A stretch of DNA of 61,718 nt, filler included, from Platydemus manokwari (Eukaryota), in the NCBI GenBank assembly GCA_037951405.1. It is 4 parts of 4 records of this genome, joined end to end, with 100 filler letters (N's around TTAATTAATTAA, not from the genome) between each part and the next. Parts side by side here need not be neighbours in the genome. Positions count along the whole stretch, not along the records: positions 34,867 to 52,794 come from JBBMOY010644430.1; positions 52,895 to 61,718 come from JBBMOY011343871.1; 2 more parts are not named here. The stretch is one strand, 5' to 3'. Made by a program: the position numbers and the translations under genes. Shown piece by piece: positions 38,923 through 53,903 of the stretch. A model generated the notes under the pieces. The model saw only the letters and a program-made list of their open reading frames with translations. It had not been told where the DNA came from and did not search any database. Position 1 is the stretch's first letter; every line of letters begins with the position of its first letter.

Positions 38923-40967
38923 TATGGGTAAGAAAACTCCGGCCAAGCTAGTATTCCAGTCCTAATAGCCTCCTGATGTTTTTAGATTATATACGACCTA
39001 ATTAAGTTACGTAGTTTTGTTCCATTTCATTACCAGTATAAGCTCATCTACCAACCCGTGTTTATTTTAATACAGTCTTGGACAAAAAATGGTACTGCTT
39101 CATTTTCACGGTATCGAACATTAGTACTTCTTAAATATATAAAATAATCATCTTGCAAAGTTTTATAATCTTTGAAAGTTTTAGCGAAATCGATGCATAT
39201 CTATACCTTATATTTGATAAAAAAACGCCATGTTCAGGCCGATTCAGCAGGACCAGGTTTCTGCCTAGGATAAAGCCACTTATTTTTGCGTACTCAATAA
39301 AACCGATATGCGAAAAAATTTTATCGATTTTCTTCCGTCAATCCACCTTCCTCAACACCGAAGGAGCATTTAATTCATTGATGACATTGACGCGCGTCCT
39401 ACTGTATCACTGTTTTGTGACCTTCATGAACAACTATTGCGCCCTAGTTACCAAGATTTAAATAGCTTTCGAAGTCAAAAGAAGGGCAGAGTATACGCAC
39501 TCGTTAATAATTTGAATGTCCAATGAGCATTTTCTTCCATGTTTAGAGCGTTAAACAGAATATAAAAGACATCCACAATTAACCGAATTCAAGTGTTTGC
39601 ACTTCCTAATTACCCTTGCTTACATATGAGAAGTTACGCATAGCTACCAGTCTTCGTAAAGTTGACCTTGAAAGATGAGTTTTCAACGCTAAGTGGACTG
39701 ATAAATTATTTTTTATCCAACGTACAAACAAAGCTATGACGCCAACAGCACTTTCAAGCGGTCAAATCTTGGGATACACTTTGATGCCAAGCATGCGCAC
39801 GGATCGGCCCAAGACTGAAGCAGCCAGCTTGCTGTCTCAGTTGGATAAACAATCATTCCTCTTCAAGAAGTAGGACTCCAAAGTGTCTGACGATGTTGAA
39901 CGTCTCAATCGTTCCTCCTACACATATGATCACACATAATGCATCCCTTCACCGATGCAGACTTTGTAAAGGATTGTATACTTGCTGCTGTAGACATCAT
40001 TTGTCCTGAACAATACGATGCACTTAAGGTAATATCATTGTCTGCCAGCACTGTAACTCAACAAGTGGAAGAGTTAGTTTTAGATGTCCGGTATTCGATA
40101 TTAACGATATTCAAAAAGAGCTGTGAAAATCAAAGAGCTGTAATATTAAGAATAGTGCGCAGCTGGCTGTTCTTGTGCGTAGTGTGACGAGGTTTGAATC
40201 ACGTTGGCTTGCCTTCCTCGCGGATATCTGTTCTCACCTTAACGAACTCAGTTTGAAGCTGCAAGGACGTGACGTACTCATCACGAATATGAAATCTAAC
40301 TTGTGAGCATTCGAAATGAAGCTGATTTTACGGGAAAAACAAATGTTAATGGTAACTACGTTCATATCCCTCATCTCACACAGTGTGAAGCAGCCCTTGT
40401 TAACTCTGCTGAATGCACCAATGTGATCTTAACTCTAAGAAATGAATTCCCTTCGCCCTTTACAGATTTACATTCTCATTCACAAGAATTTAAGATTATC
40501 AGCACTCCTTTTGACTTTCCATACAAAGACGCGCAAATGTGCAAATGGAGTTAATTGAGCACCAAGTTGCTGATGTTTTCTCATCAAAGTTTTCTTGCAA
40601 TAATCTCGCTGATTTATATGGTCAATTGCTTTTTTCTTAATTCCCACAATTGTTGGCTCGTTCCAATTTTATCATCGCAATGTTTGGTAGCACTTATTCG
40701 TGCGAATAGTTGTTCTCCAAAATGAAATTTTGCAAGAACAAGCTGCGCTCTCATTTTACGAACATTCTGTTGTAAAATTCATCTACAATAGAACCAGATA
40801 TTGCCAGTATCGTGAAAAAGCAACATGTTTCTGATTGCTCATATATGCTTTCAATAAATTAATGTTGTGTTGATAGTGTACATTGAACAATTTGTTTTCT
40901 CTGGCCTAGTGCACCTTCTGAACCCTAGTGAAATGGCCTAATAGCCTTAAATGCTTGCCGTCTCCTG
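38923..40967 (+). mobile_element. hAT (Charlie/SPIN, GTF2IRD2-like) transposon, internally deleted
   Basis: Exact 8-bp TSD GTCTAAAT (38915-38922 and 40968-40975). The 3' TIR is ...TTGCCGTCTCCTG and the 5' TIR is decayed. Transposase relics: RKVDLER*VFNAKWTD (~39655), PFTDADFVKDCI..ISLSASTV (39939), LAFLADICSHLNELSLKLQG (~40208), and the dimerisation domain MFGSTYSCE*LFSKMK (~40680). Confidence 0.9.
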
Positions 40968-42299
40968 GTCTAAATAAATAGCACTTCTTTTTTTCATTTT
41001 AATGATTATTGTGCTTGTTTCGCAAATCGAGTGTGAACATTTAGCTGGTTTTATTATCAGAAAGTTTTTAAAACCTTTAACTTATCTTATTCCAAACAGA
41101 CAAAGGGTTGTTGTCAGTAATTGGTTTCATATATAAATGAAATTATAAATACATGAAAAGGAAAAGGGCATTAAGAAATGTGTATATTGAATTCAGTAGT
41201 ATCCCAAAATTATAATATAAATAATAATTCAAAACTTGATAATAAATATAAAAATCTTTTTACGGGCCTCTTGTTGGAGCTTGTCTCTATCAATTACCGT
41301 AATCGTATCAGCGGCCATTTCGAAAAGCACCACATTAATTTGGAGTAATTTCCAAACCAATTTTTACATAGAAGATTTCCTTAACACAAGATTTCAAGCT
41401 TAAGAATTTCCTATCGTTATTCGAATTGAAGTAAAATTTCAGTTCCATTTTATTCCATTCCCATTCTCATTGATTGAAGTACACTTGTAGAGGAGTTTCC
41501 ACTTGATTAGTTCAAGCACCAAAATTTTCAGTATTCTTATTTCAATTCCTGATATGATGAATCTCAGAAGTAATTTAAATTCTATTACTATTTTGTTTAA
41601 ATGGTTCTGTTTGGTCTGAATTTATCCGTAAAAGACCAAAATCAAAATAATTCAATATTCTTATCAAGATTCCAGGCAGATGGAGATGCCAGAGATATTG
41701 TTAAATTCGTAACAAAATCTCTGCTGATTTACATCGTTAATTAGTTAATTTGTTTCATTTACTTTACATTTATTTATATGGTATTGAAAATCGATCATAA
41801 TTAATCGATTATCATATTAATTCTCGAGTATGTGAGAAGATAAATAACCTTAGCGTATTATTCTCATTAACCAACTTTCTGTAATAAATTATCTTCGATG
41901 GTAATTAGTTACTCCCATTCTAATTCCTCATCGCGTTATTTAAAAATCTTACAAAAATATTTTCGGATTAATGGAAGTACGTTTAAAATTTTTCAAGACG
42001 CAATAAATATGGTAGATAAGACTTTCAAGATAAACAGTACACGGTGTTCTACTCAATTGCAATAAAAAAATTGAAAAGCAGCGAAGTAGGAATTTCAATG
42101 ATTTTCAGAAACCTCGTCACTAAAAATTAACCGTTAGTCTAATATTAATTCCAATTAGTATATTCGTAATTCTTCGATGGATAAAATATTATCCGCATGA
42201 ACTTCCAAAATAAATAAGAATTTCTCCTATGATATAAGAATAAATATACTTTAATTCCTGAGTGTTTTCGATTACTAATGATATATTTTGTGGTATTTT

Positions 42300-43990
42300 A
42301 GAAAATATCCTTATTGTTATTTCGTTGATTGTTCGCTTTACCTTCTTAATTCTTGCAGCACCTGCACACTATTCTCTATTTCATAGTCCTGGTTATCCAT
42401 GAGTTTCCATTCAAAAAACATATTTATATCATTAACGATTTTCATAATCCGACATTTTCCCTTAAAGTGTTTCCTCATATGGCTGCTCATTTTATGTTTA
42501 AATCACTCTCTTCTACTAAATCATACACATATTTCTGTAATTTGAATATTATTTCTGGTGCATTAACTGTATTGTCATCATCTATTTATTTCGTTGTAGA
42601 GCTAAAACACTTTTTCCATTACTGACTCTCTTTTTTATTCATTTTTCTAAATCTATTTCGTTTCTCTCTTTCCTCATACTCTCTATTCATACCTATTATT
42701 TATAATTCAAGCAGTGTGTTGTCAGATTGGTTATAGTCTCCATTAAATGATTCAACATACTTGCGCGATACTGCATTTATAGATTTTTGCTGTGGATTTT
42801 CATCTTATAGATGTTTTCCTAATTTATACGTGACTAACTGATATCCAAATTTTCCATTTTTATTGAAGTCTGCTACTAGTATTTACTCTGTCTCATTCTG
42901 TATAACTATTTCTTTGACGATAACAAATATTTTGTATAAAACTGTTAGTATAATTTGACTTAAAACTGTTATTGTTGCTGTGATTATTATCGTTGTATCG
43001 CGCAAGTCGTTAATCGTACCTATCTGCGAATTGATTTTGTGGTTTAAGAATTTCTCTCTTAGATCTTTATTCGTGTTATCTTACTGATTATTGTTATAGT
43101 GATTATTATCATATCATTTCGGAACATCCAAATTTGACTGGGTTCCTATTTCTATTTTCAAGTGAATTAATAGTCCCGATTATTCCTGTATCTTTTACCA
43201 CACTTATCAAGGTTTTGATTATCATAATTATTGTTTCGGTTTTGGTTATAATAGCTGTCATTTAGATTACATTGATTATTAGAATTTTCATTGCCGTTTT
43301 CGTTTTATTTATAATATTTTCATCATTATTTTTATAACCAGTACTCTTTTCATTATTATTATTCCGAAATTGAGTGAAAATGTTGTATAACGGAGATCAT
43401 TTAATAATTTAATTTGTATTTTTTATCATCACTTGTTGATTGGTAAATTTTATTTTTAAGAGGCGATCACTCCGAGTTCTACTACTACTTTCTAAAACTA
43501 CTTTTATAACTGAATATCCTTTATTTAATTTCTCACACTCGGCAAGGGTAGCTTAATCCTACTTTAAACTGATCCATAATTAATGCTCGCATCATAATTC
43601 CATTACCATATCTTTATATGCTTTTTCCTCTATTTTATGTAATTACTAATTCATAATTTTGTTCTGAATCTTCTTAAATTCTCTTAAATAATATTCATTG
43701 AAATTACTATCAATTAAGATTTCGTCGTTTAACATATCTACTACATCATTATACTTGTCTGTATATTGTATTTCTATTATTTGGTGCAGTCATAGGGCGT
43801 ATTCTCATAAATATAGTGACACACTGTCTACTAAATCTTTATCACATTTTATTGTATTCATCTGAAAAGTTCCAGGTAAAATTTTGGGAGTATTAGTTAC
43901 TGAACAGATCTATTCATATTCATTTTGATATTCATTATCATCCAGATTATATTACCTGCCATGTTGTCGTATTTCTCTATCCATATTATT
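42300..43990 (-). mobile_element. very old LTR-retrotransposon relic (gag-like + integrase tail)
   Basis: Minus-strand fragments ALIMDQFKVGL (gag-like), DKCGK within an Asn-rich stretch, and FKGKCRIMKIVNDIN (GPY/F-like integrase tail). Many stops. Confidence 0.35.
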
Positions 43991-46900
43991 TTTAAATATT
44001 TATTTGTATTTGCTTTATAAAAATTAGAATTATTAACCAAGTCAACCTCTTGGTTCACTACCTTAATAACTTAAAAATTATAAATTTAACTTTAAAAAGA
44101 AAGAAAATCATTATTGATATTGTGTTCCATTGGTTTCTTTTGATTCCATAAAGGCTTTTGTGAATAGTATGAAGACTATAGCTAGAAAAATAATTTGAGT
44201 TTAATGGCTTTGCCCATATTTAATGTAATCATTACATTGATGTAACTCTTATATTTAAAGGTAACTGCTGTTGTCAACTGTTAATGTGCTTAACATAATA
44301 TCAGTGATTTTATTGTTCCAGCTTATCTAATGCCTCAATGCGATGAATAAATGATTGAGAAATTGGAAAGTGAAACTTTATCATAAATATTTATTTATAA
44401 TCAAAAAATAGATCAACAAATATTGCGATTGGGAAAAAAAGTGCCATGGAGATGGGGAGATATCGAATATGAATTATAATTATTATGCTTACACTTGGTG
44501 CCTGTGGTGCAACAGCTCTTAAGAATATTTATCTCAAAGACTCACAAAATGTGTTCGTTCATTAAGCTGAGAAGAGTGCATTTTAAATATTTCCGGAACA
44601 TGATATTGAAAAATGAATATTTATTTTATTATTTTGTCTCTAGTTCTGCTGGTTACCATAATATTGAGTTTGTGCTGTTTATTATTCTTATTCAAACTTA
44701 ACAGCCTGTGGACTTGGTTATTTTTAATTTGTGTAAATGTAGGTTGAAATTAATTGTTATTATCTCTTTATTTTGTTTAAATCTATCAAAACAAGCCAAT
44801 TATTTATATAAAAATTCAACTTATATTAATCACACACTTTAGCTCTCACCAATTGAAATTTATGAATCAATCCTGAAGTTACCTTGCTGAGATCTCAAGA
44901 ATTATCTTGGAATCCTTATAGATTCTAAAAATATTGATTTTTAACAAAAACTTATTATGAATCAAAAAAGGAGAATTCTTTCCGCTTTTTATTTGCTTAA
45001 CCGATAAAAATGTCTTCGCTTTGTTGTGTACAAAACCCATAAAAAATCATAATAGTAATAATATCAATAATAAAACCACATAATTTTTTTCAAAACCATA
45101 TATGACTAATTTAATCATAAATAGAAGTACGAAATGATTTCAACTAAAAATGGAATAAAAGATATACAAAGAAAGAATTAGAATAAATTAGATACTACTT
45201 ATAGCAACCATGAAAAAAAATTGGTAAAAATAGCATAAATAAATACTAAAAAAATAAAGGTATTGAAAAATAATAAAATATAAAGTAAAATAAATTATAT
45301 AAATAAAGTTAATAGAAGAAAGACACTGTCCTTCATCATTTATCAGAATAAATTGTGTTGATTACTCATTCAACAATTGCTGACTGTTAAACGAACCTTA
45401 TCAAATAACAAATACTTTGGTCAATTGCTAACCCGAATCGAGAAAAATAAAATTGTTTAATCCAAAAGAATTTTCAAATTTTGTGGATTTTTACCACCTG
45501 CAAAACCAAAATCTATAATTCATTTCACATTGTGCCATCCGCACAATCGTGCTACAGGAAATTATTTAAAATTTCGACTGAGAGCATTTTGGCAAGTAAA
45601 TGTTATATTTCATTCACTTGTTTAAACTCAAACCTTATTATTGCATTTTATTGACTCTTATTCTTAAATCATTTGTAATATCAATTATATATTATTCAAA
45701 TTGAATTATTTATTCTATTATTGATCTGTATTTTAACATTTATTATATTATTCTGTTCATAATATACATATATCTTTTGAAGCCAGGTGTACGTAATAAA
45801 ATTGCTTATCAAATAATTTAGAGCTCGATACACTTCTTAATTCAAATTATTTATAGGAAATACACGATTAAATTAATTCTTACATAATTATCAATTTATT
45901 CTGATCCATATTATATTAAATCTGAAAACCTAGGAAACCCAACAAGTTATAATATATTTCTTCACTCGAGATTGATCAGCATTCAATTGATTGACAACCG
46001 TTAAAATTTTGAGAGACTTCCAGTTATTTGCTGCTCTTATATACTAATAAGTTTTTGGCTACGATGTACTCGATGATTAATACCGAACCTAAATCCTTTT
46101 TGGTATTTCGAACGATTATTCATGTTTTTATATTGATTTCGTTTCCTAAGTTAGATTAATTTGGTCCATTGTACTGGTACATTAATTTTAATTTATTTTG
46201 AAGGCTTAATGCTGAAAATCAATGCTGAAAATTTTAAAAAAAATTGAGCTTAATACCTCAAATAAATATAATAAATATTTAATCTACAATGATAAAAATA
46301 ATCGAATCTCAACAAATTTTAAATAACATAATCCCTTTTACAAATAAAAAATTAAATTATCAAATTCATTTTTGAAAAGTCATCATCATCAGATTATCAA
46401 AAATCGATTATCAGATAAAATAATCTAATAATTGAATCCGTTTGGAATATTGGATTTGGGTTGTCTCTTCTTAGGACTATGCTTCAAGATCCACGTTTCA
46501 TACTCTAAATCTTCTGGGGAATTAAGGTTCTCCATTTGTTTCAATGTTCCCCTCGACCTCCTTTTCCTTAGGTTTTTCCGTTTCTTCTTTAATTTATCCC
46601 ACTGTTTCTAAATTTTGTGTATTTTTCTTTTTCTATCATTCTCAATTTCTACTAGGCCATATTTTCTAATGAAAATTTCATGTCATTCCGATACTGATTG
46701 CTTTCCCGCTTCCATTTTTCATGACTTAAATCTAATGGACATTTGTTCATCTGCTTCGGTTTCGCTGTCGGAATACAGTACCAATTTGCTCATTTCCACT
46801 TCTTCATTATTTTTTGGATTACTTGATATTTCGATCACCCCAACAACATATTTACATACAATTATTTATAAGAGGCTGTGGGAATATTATCCCAGCAGAT

Positions 46901-47489
46901 TAAATCAAAGCGACAGTCAATTACATGAATCAAGATCAATATTCTATTGGAATTATTCGAATGCCAATCAATTGTTGAATGATAATACCTATTATTATTA
47001 AATGCAACATAATTAAAGTTAATCGATTATTTTGTTGTATTTTCTCCATCCATTTTTCGGAAAGGATTTTGGTTGAAATTTAAATGTGATAAAAAAGTGA
47101 ATTGATAGAATAGAGAATTTGATCAAGAATTGAATTGATGCAGAATTTAATTTAGATATTAAGTGCAATAAAGGATTGTATGATATTGATTATTTTTTAC
47201 AGATTTAACATTTGAGGAATTTTGTATTCATTTTGATTTTGAAGATATGATGTTTGGAGAATATTGACCGGATCCTCGACAAATTTATTCAAAAACAAAT
47301 AAGAATCAGGTTGATACGAAATTCATTACCGCAAATGTGTTAAAATTTTTGAGGAGTAAATAAGTAATTTAATTTTACTCTTTAGATCATGTGATTTTCA
47401 AATTTTATAATTAATTCTTAATGATAACCCTACTTCTGACACATGTTTAATTCGACTCGAATATTCTGAAATCCACATGTCTTTTATTA

Positions 47490-48030
47490 GTGTCAAACGA
47501 TTGGAACTGGTAGAGAAAATGAAATACTGCCACATTGCTATAGAGAAGCATCTTCACTTCATGAGAAAGGTTCAAAAGTGTGGGGCATGAGTTCCGAATC
47601 CTTTAAGTGACAATAACAAAAATTAACCACCCATAATCTTCAATCAACGCACGGACTTCATCTACGATTTTTTTACCGAATCGTTACTGGCTAAGAAAAA
47701 TGGTGCTGCACATCAATATGAATAAGCACGAACAATTCATTAGCCCCAGTAAATAAGTGACACACTGCGTAAAATAAGATCCTCAACCACATGAAACGGC
47801 GTTATGTATGTGATGAAATTTGGAAAGGATTATCCATTACGAATTGATTGAATAGAACCAAGTGGTCAAAGAGGATCTGTGTGTTCATTAGATGAAATGA
47901 TTCAATACTGCTGTACAAGAGAAAAGACCTAATCGGCAGTATGAAGTTCTTTTGCTGCATGACAATGTTCGACCTCATATTTACAACTTTACAAGTTTGT
48001 ATAGGACTCGTTTCATTGACATCCATTGCA
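47490..48030 (+). mobile_element. mariner-family transposase relic
   Basis: HLHFMRKVQKCGA*VPNPLS (WVPHEL motif); YRIVTG*EKW (first catalytic Asp); KGIIHYEL-like; QEKRPNRQYEVLLLHDNVRPH (second catalytic Asp). Confidence 0.88.
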
Positions 48031-51000
48031 CCCGGTTGGACTTGTTTTTTCTCCTTTCTATTTATTTACTTGATCGTACTGTATTCACGTTCATCACTTC
48101 TCGATCTTTACCTGGCCTTTTAACTTTGGTGGCTCTGTCTATCGTTCTTTATCTCTTTGTTTTTTCTAAATATCCTCTAACAATGAATCCAGTAGAAATA
48201 AAATCAGGTCTTTTTTCGTTGTGATTTGGAGCATACTGTATGCAGCTATAAGTCCTATTATATTAAAGAAAACACCTACCTATTCCGAGTGCATTTGATA
48301 TTAAAAACTTTCAATCAACATTGTGTCAATGATGTTTTTGATCAAAGGCCTTTCACATATTTTACACTTAATCAGTGATTTCCATCGAAACCGTTTCTTA
48401 TTTTGTATTAAAGCTGCCCATAAATAAATTCATTAAGAATATATTTCTAATAAATAAATTATAAAACTTCTCTAAACATTAAGATTTTTAACTATAAGTT
48501 AAGAGAAAGGGTCTTTAGACCAACTTTAGCAATGATGAATTTTCGCTCATGAGATAATTTTTTAACTTAACTTTATATATAATTGCGATGTTTGGTTTTT
48601 TCGTATAATTCAATTAATATCTCATTTTTTATGACGTCTAATATAGATAAAACAGTTTTAAACCAAGTTCCTATTCTTATTACAACACTTCTATCTGAAT
48701 ATTTGAGTCGTTAAATTTAAATTTTTAATTATAAATCCAGTTAGTTAACTCCATATACATGTTTAATAATATCATTGCTTATTTTTATAAAATAATTGCA
48801 AACAATGACAATATCTCTCAACTTGCTTCTAATATTAAAAACGGGTCCTCGCTAATTTTCAATAAATTGCAATTCGACCTACTTTGGTGCGTTTTTTCAA
48901 ATAATCAAATTTTAGGAGATTTGGAAACTCTAGCGCATATAATATTTTATTTCAAACAACTAAAATTCTTCTTAAGTACCTATATAAAAAATTCAGAATG
49001 TTTTTAAAGAATATCATTAAATAAACTATATAGATTTTTGAAATACATTCAACAAATTTAAAATTTTATTTTAGGACCCCTTTTCTTAACATTAGTTAAA
49101 ATATTATTTTCGGACACGGTTAAACGATGTTCATCTTGATCAAAACAATTTTAAATTTGATTTTGAAAATTTAAAATCTTATAAACATAAATCTACAGAA
49201 ATAAATATGCTTTAAATCGCTCAAATTTCAAGATTTGAATAACTTTCATTTTTAAAATTAATAATCTCCACAGCACAAGTCGATTACGATTGCCTAATTC
49301 GCGACTACAAATGATAACTGACTGGTAATATCAATCTAAAAGATTGTTTAACTAGCTATCGTTGACTAACGATGAGATAAAGCTCAATTTAAACTAAAGA
49401 CCACAATGTAACTTTGATACTTTAATATATTTAATGTTTAACTTCGATACGTTCAAATAAATAATGAGTCGAACTCATGATACTCGCTCACTTGCAAAAA
49501 TGATAACATTATTTTTACTGAATAGTTGGATGCCGTTCAAATGTCCTTCGTCTATTTAAAGATATAGTGGAATAATATTCGTTATAAATATTTTGCTAGA
49601 GCAGTATAGTACACTCGGTAACCAATTAAAATCAGTCTATCAAAACAAAAGTAACAGATTTATAATTCCAATGTTTATTTTCAAACAATTTCATATTTAA
49701 AAAATATTAAAAATTATATTTTCTTATTGATAATTCTACTTCATAATTTATAATTATTAATATTATTTGTTTAATTTAAAAATTATTCAATCAGAATTAT
49801 AACAAAACCAAATTATTATTTCATTATTCCTCGATTACGACATTCTCAAATAAAATCTCATGTATATAGTGGTGATTGGCCGAACTCAGTTTGTTTTTGT
49901 TTTTAATTTGTAATTCTTTGAAAATAAACATTAGAAATATAAAATTATCAACAAAAATACATAATTAATAATGACAACACAAAGACGCAGACAACTCCAG
50001 ACAATTATAAGTCACAAATAAACACGCCACTGACACACTATTCGACAAATCACAATACACAAGTTAGACCAATCAACCAAGAAGATTCAACTAGACAAGA
50101 GATTAGTCATGATGTATTACACCATATCACGTGCTCCGACAAGGCACATCACCTATTAAGATTATCAATTACTGTGACCATTGAAGAAGACAAATCAAAT
50201 GTGTGCAAATTTTATAAGAAGTTACGCCATAAATAGGAGGTTATTTGGCTGTTGATTTCAATTCAGATTTACAACAATATTCAGACACACTAAAATTCTC
50301 ATTTGTTTCATAACTAAACGTTTAAGCCTCATTACTTTGGAATGCAATCACAAGTTGTTTCTTTCGATCAATAAATATTTTAGTGATACTTTGTTTTTTG
50401 ATAGCAGATATTGGCCTAATTTGTGCTCAGTTAAAATTATTTCCATATATAGTAAGTTTATTATATCAATAAACTTCCCTTGGAATAGTCTTATACACCT
50501 TGTGGAATAATCTACCGCATTTCTATTGTGAATTAGTCGGTTATCGAAACAAAAACAAAACTTTGTTGAAAATGACTCATACTTGAAGATCTAGTATTAA
50601 TTAAAAGTAAGTCAAGCAAAAGTGATACTTCATACTACTTCCAACAAACTATTCGCAAAGTGGGTCATCCAAGTCTTTGCTTATAGATTTAATAGATCTT
50701 TTAAGACTGTCGAGGTTGACTTGACTCTTAAACTTAGGTTTAGAAATTGAAGTGAGTGGTTATTCATATTGTTACAATCTACCAGGTACCGCTTCATCAA
50801 TTTAAATTACCAAAACCTAAAATTTATTAACCACAAATATAGTGATAGGAAGACCCTCACAACCGTGGTAAAGGTAACTTCATAAATCCCTCAAGAGAAT
50901 TTACAAATTCAGGCACACAGTAATAAATCTACACAACAAAGACACAAGTGATGGAAACCAGTTGGTTCGGGTTCTTTGGTGAGACTAATAATAAACCAAC

Positions 51001-52794
51001 GATTTTCCAATCGATAATTTACTATATAAGGTGTAAGATCGTGAGTAAGAGATTGATGTTTCCATCAATATCTGAAACTTCACAGATTAATTAGGTTGCG
51101 TGTATTATAATATAGATAATGAAAATGATGAAACCATTATAATCAAATACTTTATTATACTACAAATGACCAAATGTGCAATGCTATTTAAATTTATAAA
51201 GACAGAAACTTGCCGTGCCCTGAAGAGCTTTATCAGTAATGAAAAACCACCGGATGGAAGTAAGTTGTGCCCCACTACGTTGTAAAAACTAAAGAAGATT
51301 GAATTTAGTACTCACAAATTCAGTTACGACTTTGTGATGTGTATTACTTACTGACAACAAATCTCCTCTCGGAAAATGATATCCTTTTAACAATTGAACA
51401 ATTGAAATTTACCATTTGATGAATGAAATATAAGATTCGTTGAGTCATATTGGAGCTTGATGACTTGACGAATATAGCACTAGAGCTTGAATAATTTTTC
51501 TCGGTAATCACGATCAATAGATCTCCTCAACAATAGTGACGATTAAGAACAGTTAAATTTTATGGCGAAAATATTGAATTTTTCTTCAGTATTTTGAGAT
51601 GTAGACGAATGATTAATTTTTATTTTATTTTCTGTTCACCTTGGTAATATTCACCGTTGTCGTGGCAATTTGAATTTATCTTTTCTATGCTAACGCCTAT
51701 TATTGCCATGGCAGTGTGAATTAATAATCCTTTTTCTTTGAAATATTTCTAGTTATCATTAATGTAGTTCCGCCCACACGCCTATATTTTAATTGATGTG
51801 AATCAATATTTTACGATAATTATTACTATACTTATTATGCATAATTTTACGATAATTATTAATATTATTATGTATTATAAGGCTTACAGCCTGCATGAAT
51901 ATATTATCCCTACACAAGGAATAAATAACCAGGAATTTTGTTAAGAAATACCACTAAAATTTGGACGTATCAAGCACACCATTTAACAGAATCAGACACT
52001 TCTTTCAAAATAAAAATTCAAAGCACTTCATTTCAGCACACAGAAATTTCATTTATCGGTATTCAAATTATTCTCACAGAATTCCGAGATTCAACACAAA
52101 GCAAAAATATATTTTCACAGAAAACTGATGTCGTATAGAAAATTTAATGACCAACTGCAAATTTATTTTAATCTCTATTGTAATATTTTCTGAAGCAATA
52201 TTAAATTCATAAATTAAAATCATTCTTGATTTGGTCTTAGTATTAGTTCCACCGACGAAACTTTGGCAAAACTCATCAGGGGATAACAACTACCACTATC
52301 GATTGTATTTAATCATTGGATATGAATTTGTTTAATAAGAATTTATGTGGAATCATTTTCACAAATTACTTTTCAAGAAGTTTCCGATTTTTAATGGGAT
52401 CCATTCATGAAGAGCACCACCGATCTACTTTATCACGTTCAACAAATTATTTTGTAGATATTATCAACAATTTTCCATTATGAAACAACAAATCCTTCAC
52501 AAACCCAAGCAAATTTTCAAGTTTGATAAATCATGAAGCATCATGATACGTTAAATCTAAAAAATTAATAATTACTTTTACAGGAATTGAATATATATAT
52601 ATATATATCCAGGGATTTGTAGCTTAGTTTGTCCGTTAAGTTATTGATTTAACTGCAATTTATTTTTCACTTCACTTTTATTACATTGTAATAAAATGCG
52701 ACATGGGTGTCAAAAGTTTAATGCCGAAATAGTATCTTATAATTCTATAATGGTGTTTGCTTTGAAATTATTTGACAATTTCATGACATTTATA

Positions 52795-52894
52795 NNNNNN
52801 NNNNNNNNNNNNNNNNNNNNNNNNNNNNNNNNNNNNNNTTAATTAATTAANNNNNNNNNNNNNNNNNNNNNNNNNNNNNNNNNNNNNNNNNNNN
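52795..52894. other. assembly gap with TTAATTAATTAA linker
   Basis: 44 N + linker + 44 N. Confidence 0.99.
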
Positions 52895-53903
52895 TACATT
52901 GTGTTGAATGTTTATTTCATTAAAGTTTTGTATTGAATATTAATTTAAAACGTTTATCAACCAATATATTTTCAAAGATATTTTTATACTCAATCAATAT
53001 GTGCCTTAATAATTATTAAATATTTATTTGTCATAATGTTTTAATGGTTACAACCCCTAATAATTTAAAATTTTTGATTTTTTAAATATAATTTTCTATA
53101 ATTATTATAAAATAACAGATTATAACAGAATTTATTCTTGCCACAGTATCTATTCAAATAACTTGATTGACTTTTATTATTCTGTCAGAATCTGCTTATA
53201 TGTATATATGAATACTTTCACTTAAACTACCTTGATTGAAATCAATATTACTGCCTAATGTGTTGTACGAACCATTCGAACTTCATTGTATACTTTTCTA
53301 TCATTAATTTTTCCAGAATCGTGTCCAATCTGATGTTGCTTTTGGCTGTTGCTTTTCCGAAAAGGTTTTATATTGAATAAAAATTTAAGATTTTCACTCA
53401 ATAAAATATCATCTTATCGAAATATTTAAGCAAACATTGAAATATATTTTTGATAATTAATCATAAAGACATTTTAACAGCAATATTATACATATAATTT
53501 TATTAAAACTTATTATTTAAATTTCATTGATCATTAATCTACAATGTTTACATAGTATTTTGAAAAAATTATCTATTCATACATAATGAAGAATGTGCTG
53601 ACTAAGCTTTAATTATATTTAATTTTAAAAGTAAAATTATTCCATTTTTATGACATTCAATTTTCAATTTGCCAAAAAACAGTTGAACTTACATTGTGAT
53701 TTATGAGTGATATTTCATATGTTTATTCTACGAGAAATAAATCCAATATATCTGACAAATTATTTTAACCGTAGTGGGAACAGGTGATTAACAGGAAAAT
53801 AAAATTATATTTATATCTTTATCAAATTGTGGAGAATAATAAAATCAATAAAAATAATTAATCAAATTTCTAATTCATATATCGATTAATAATTTGTTGA
53901 ATA

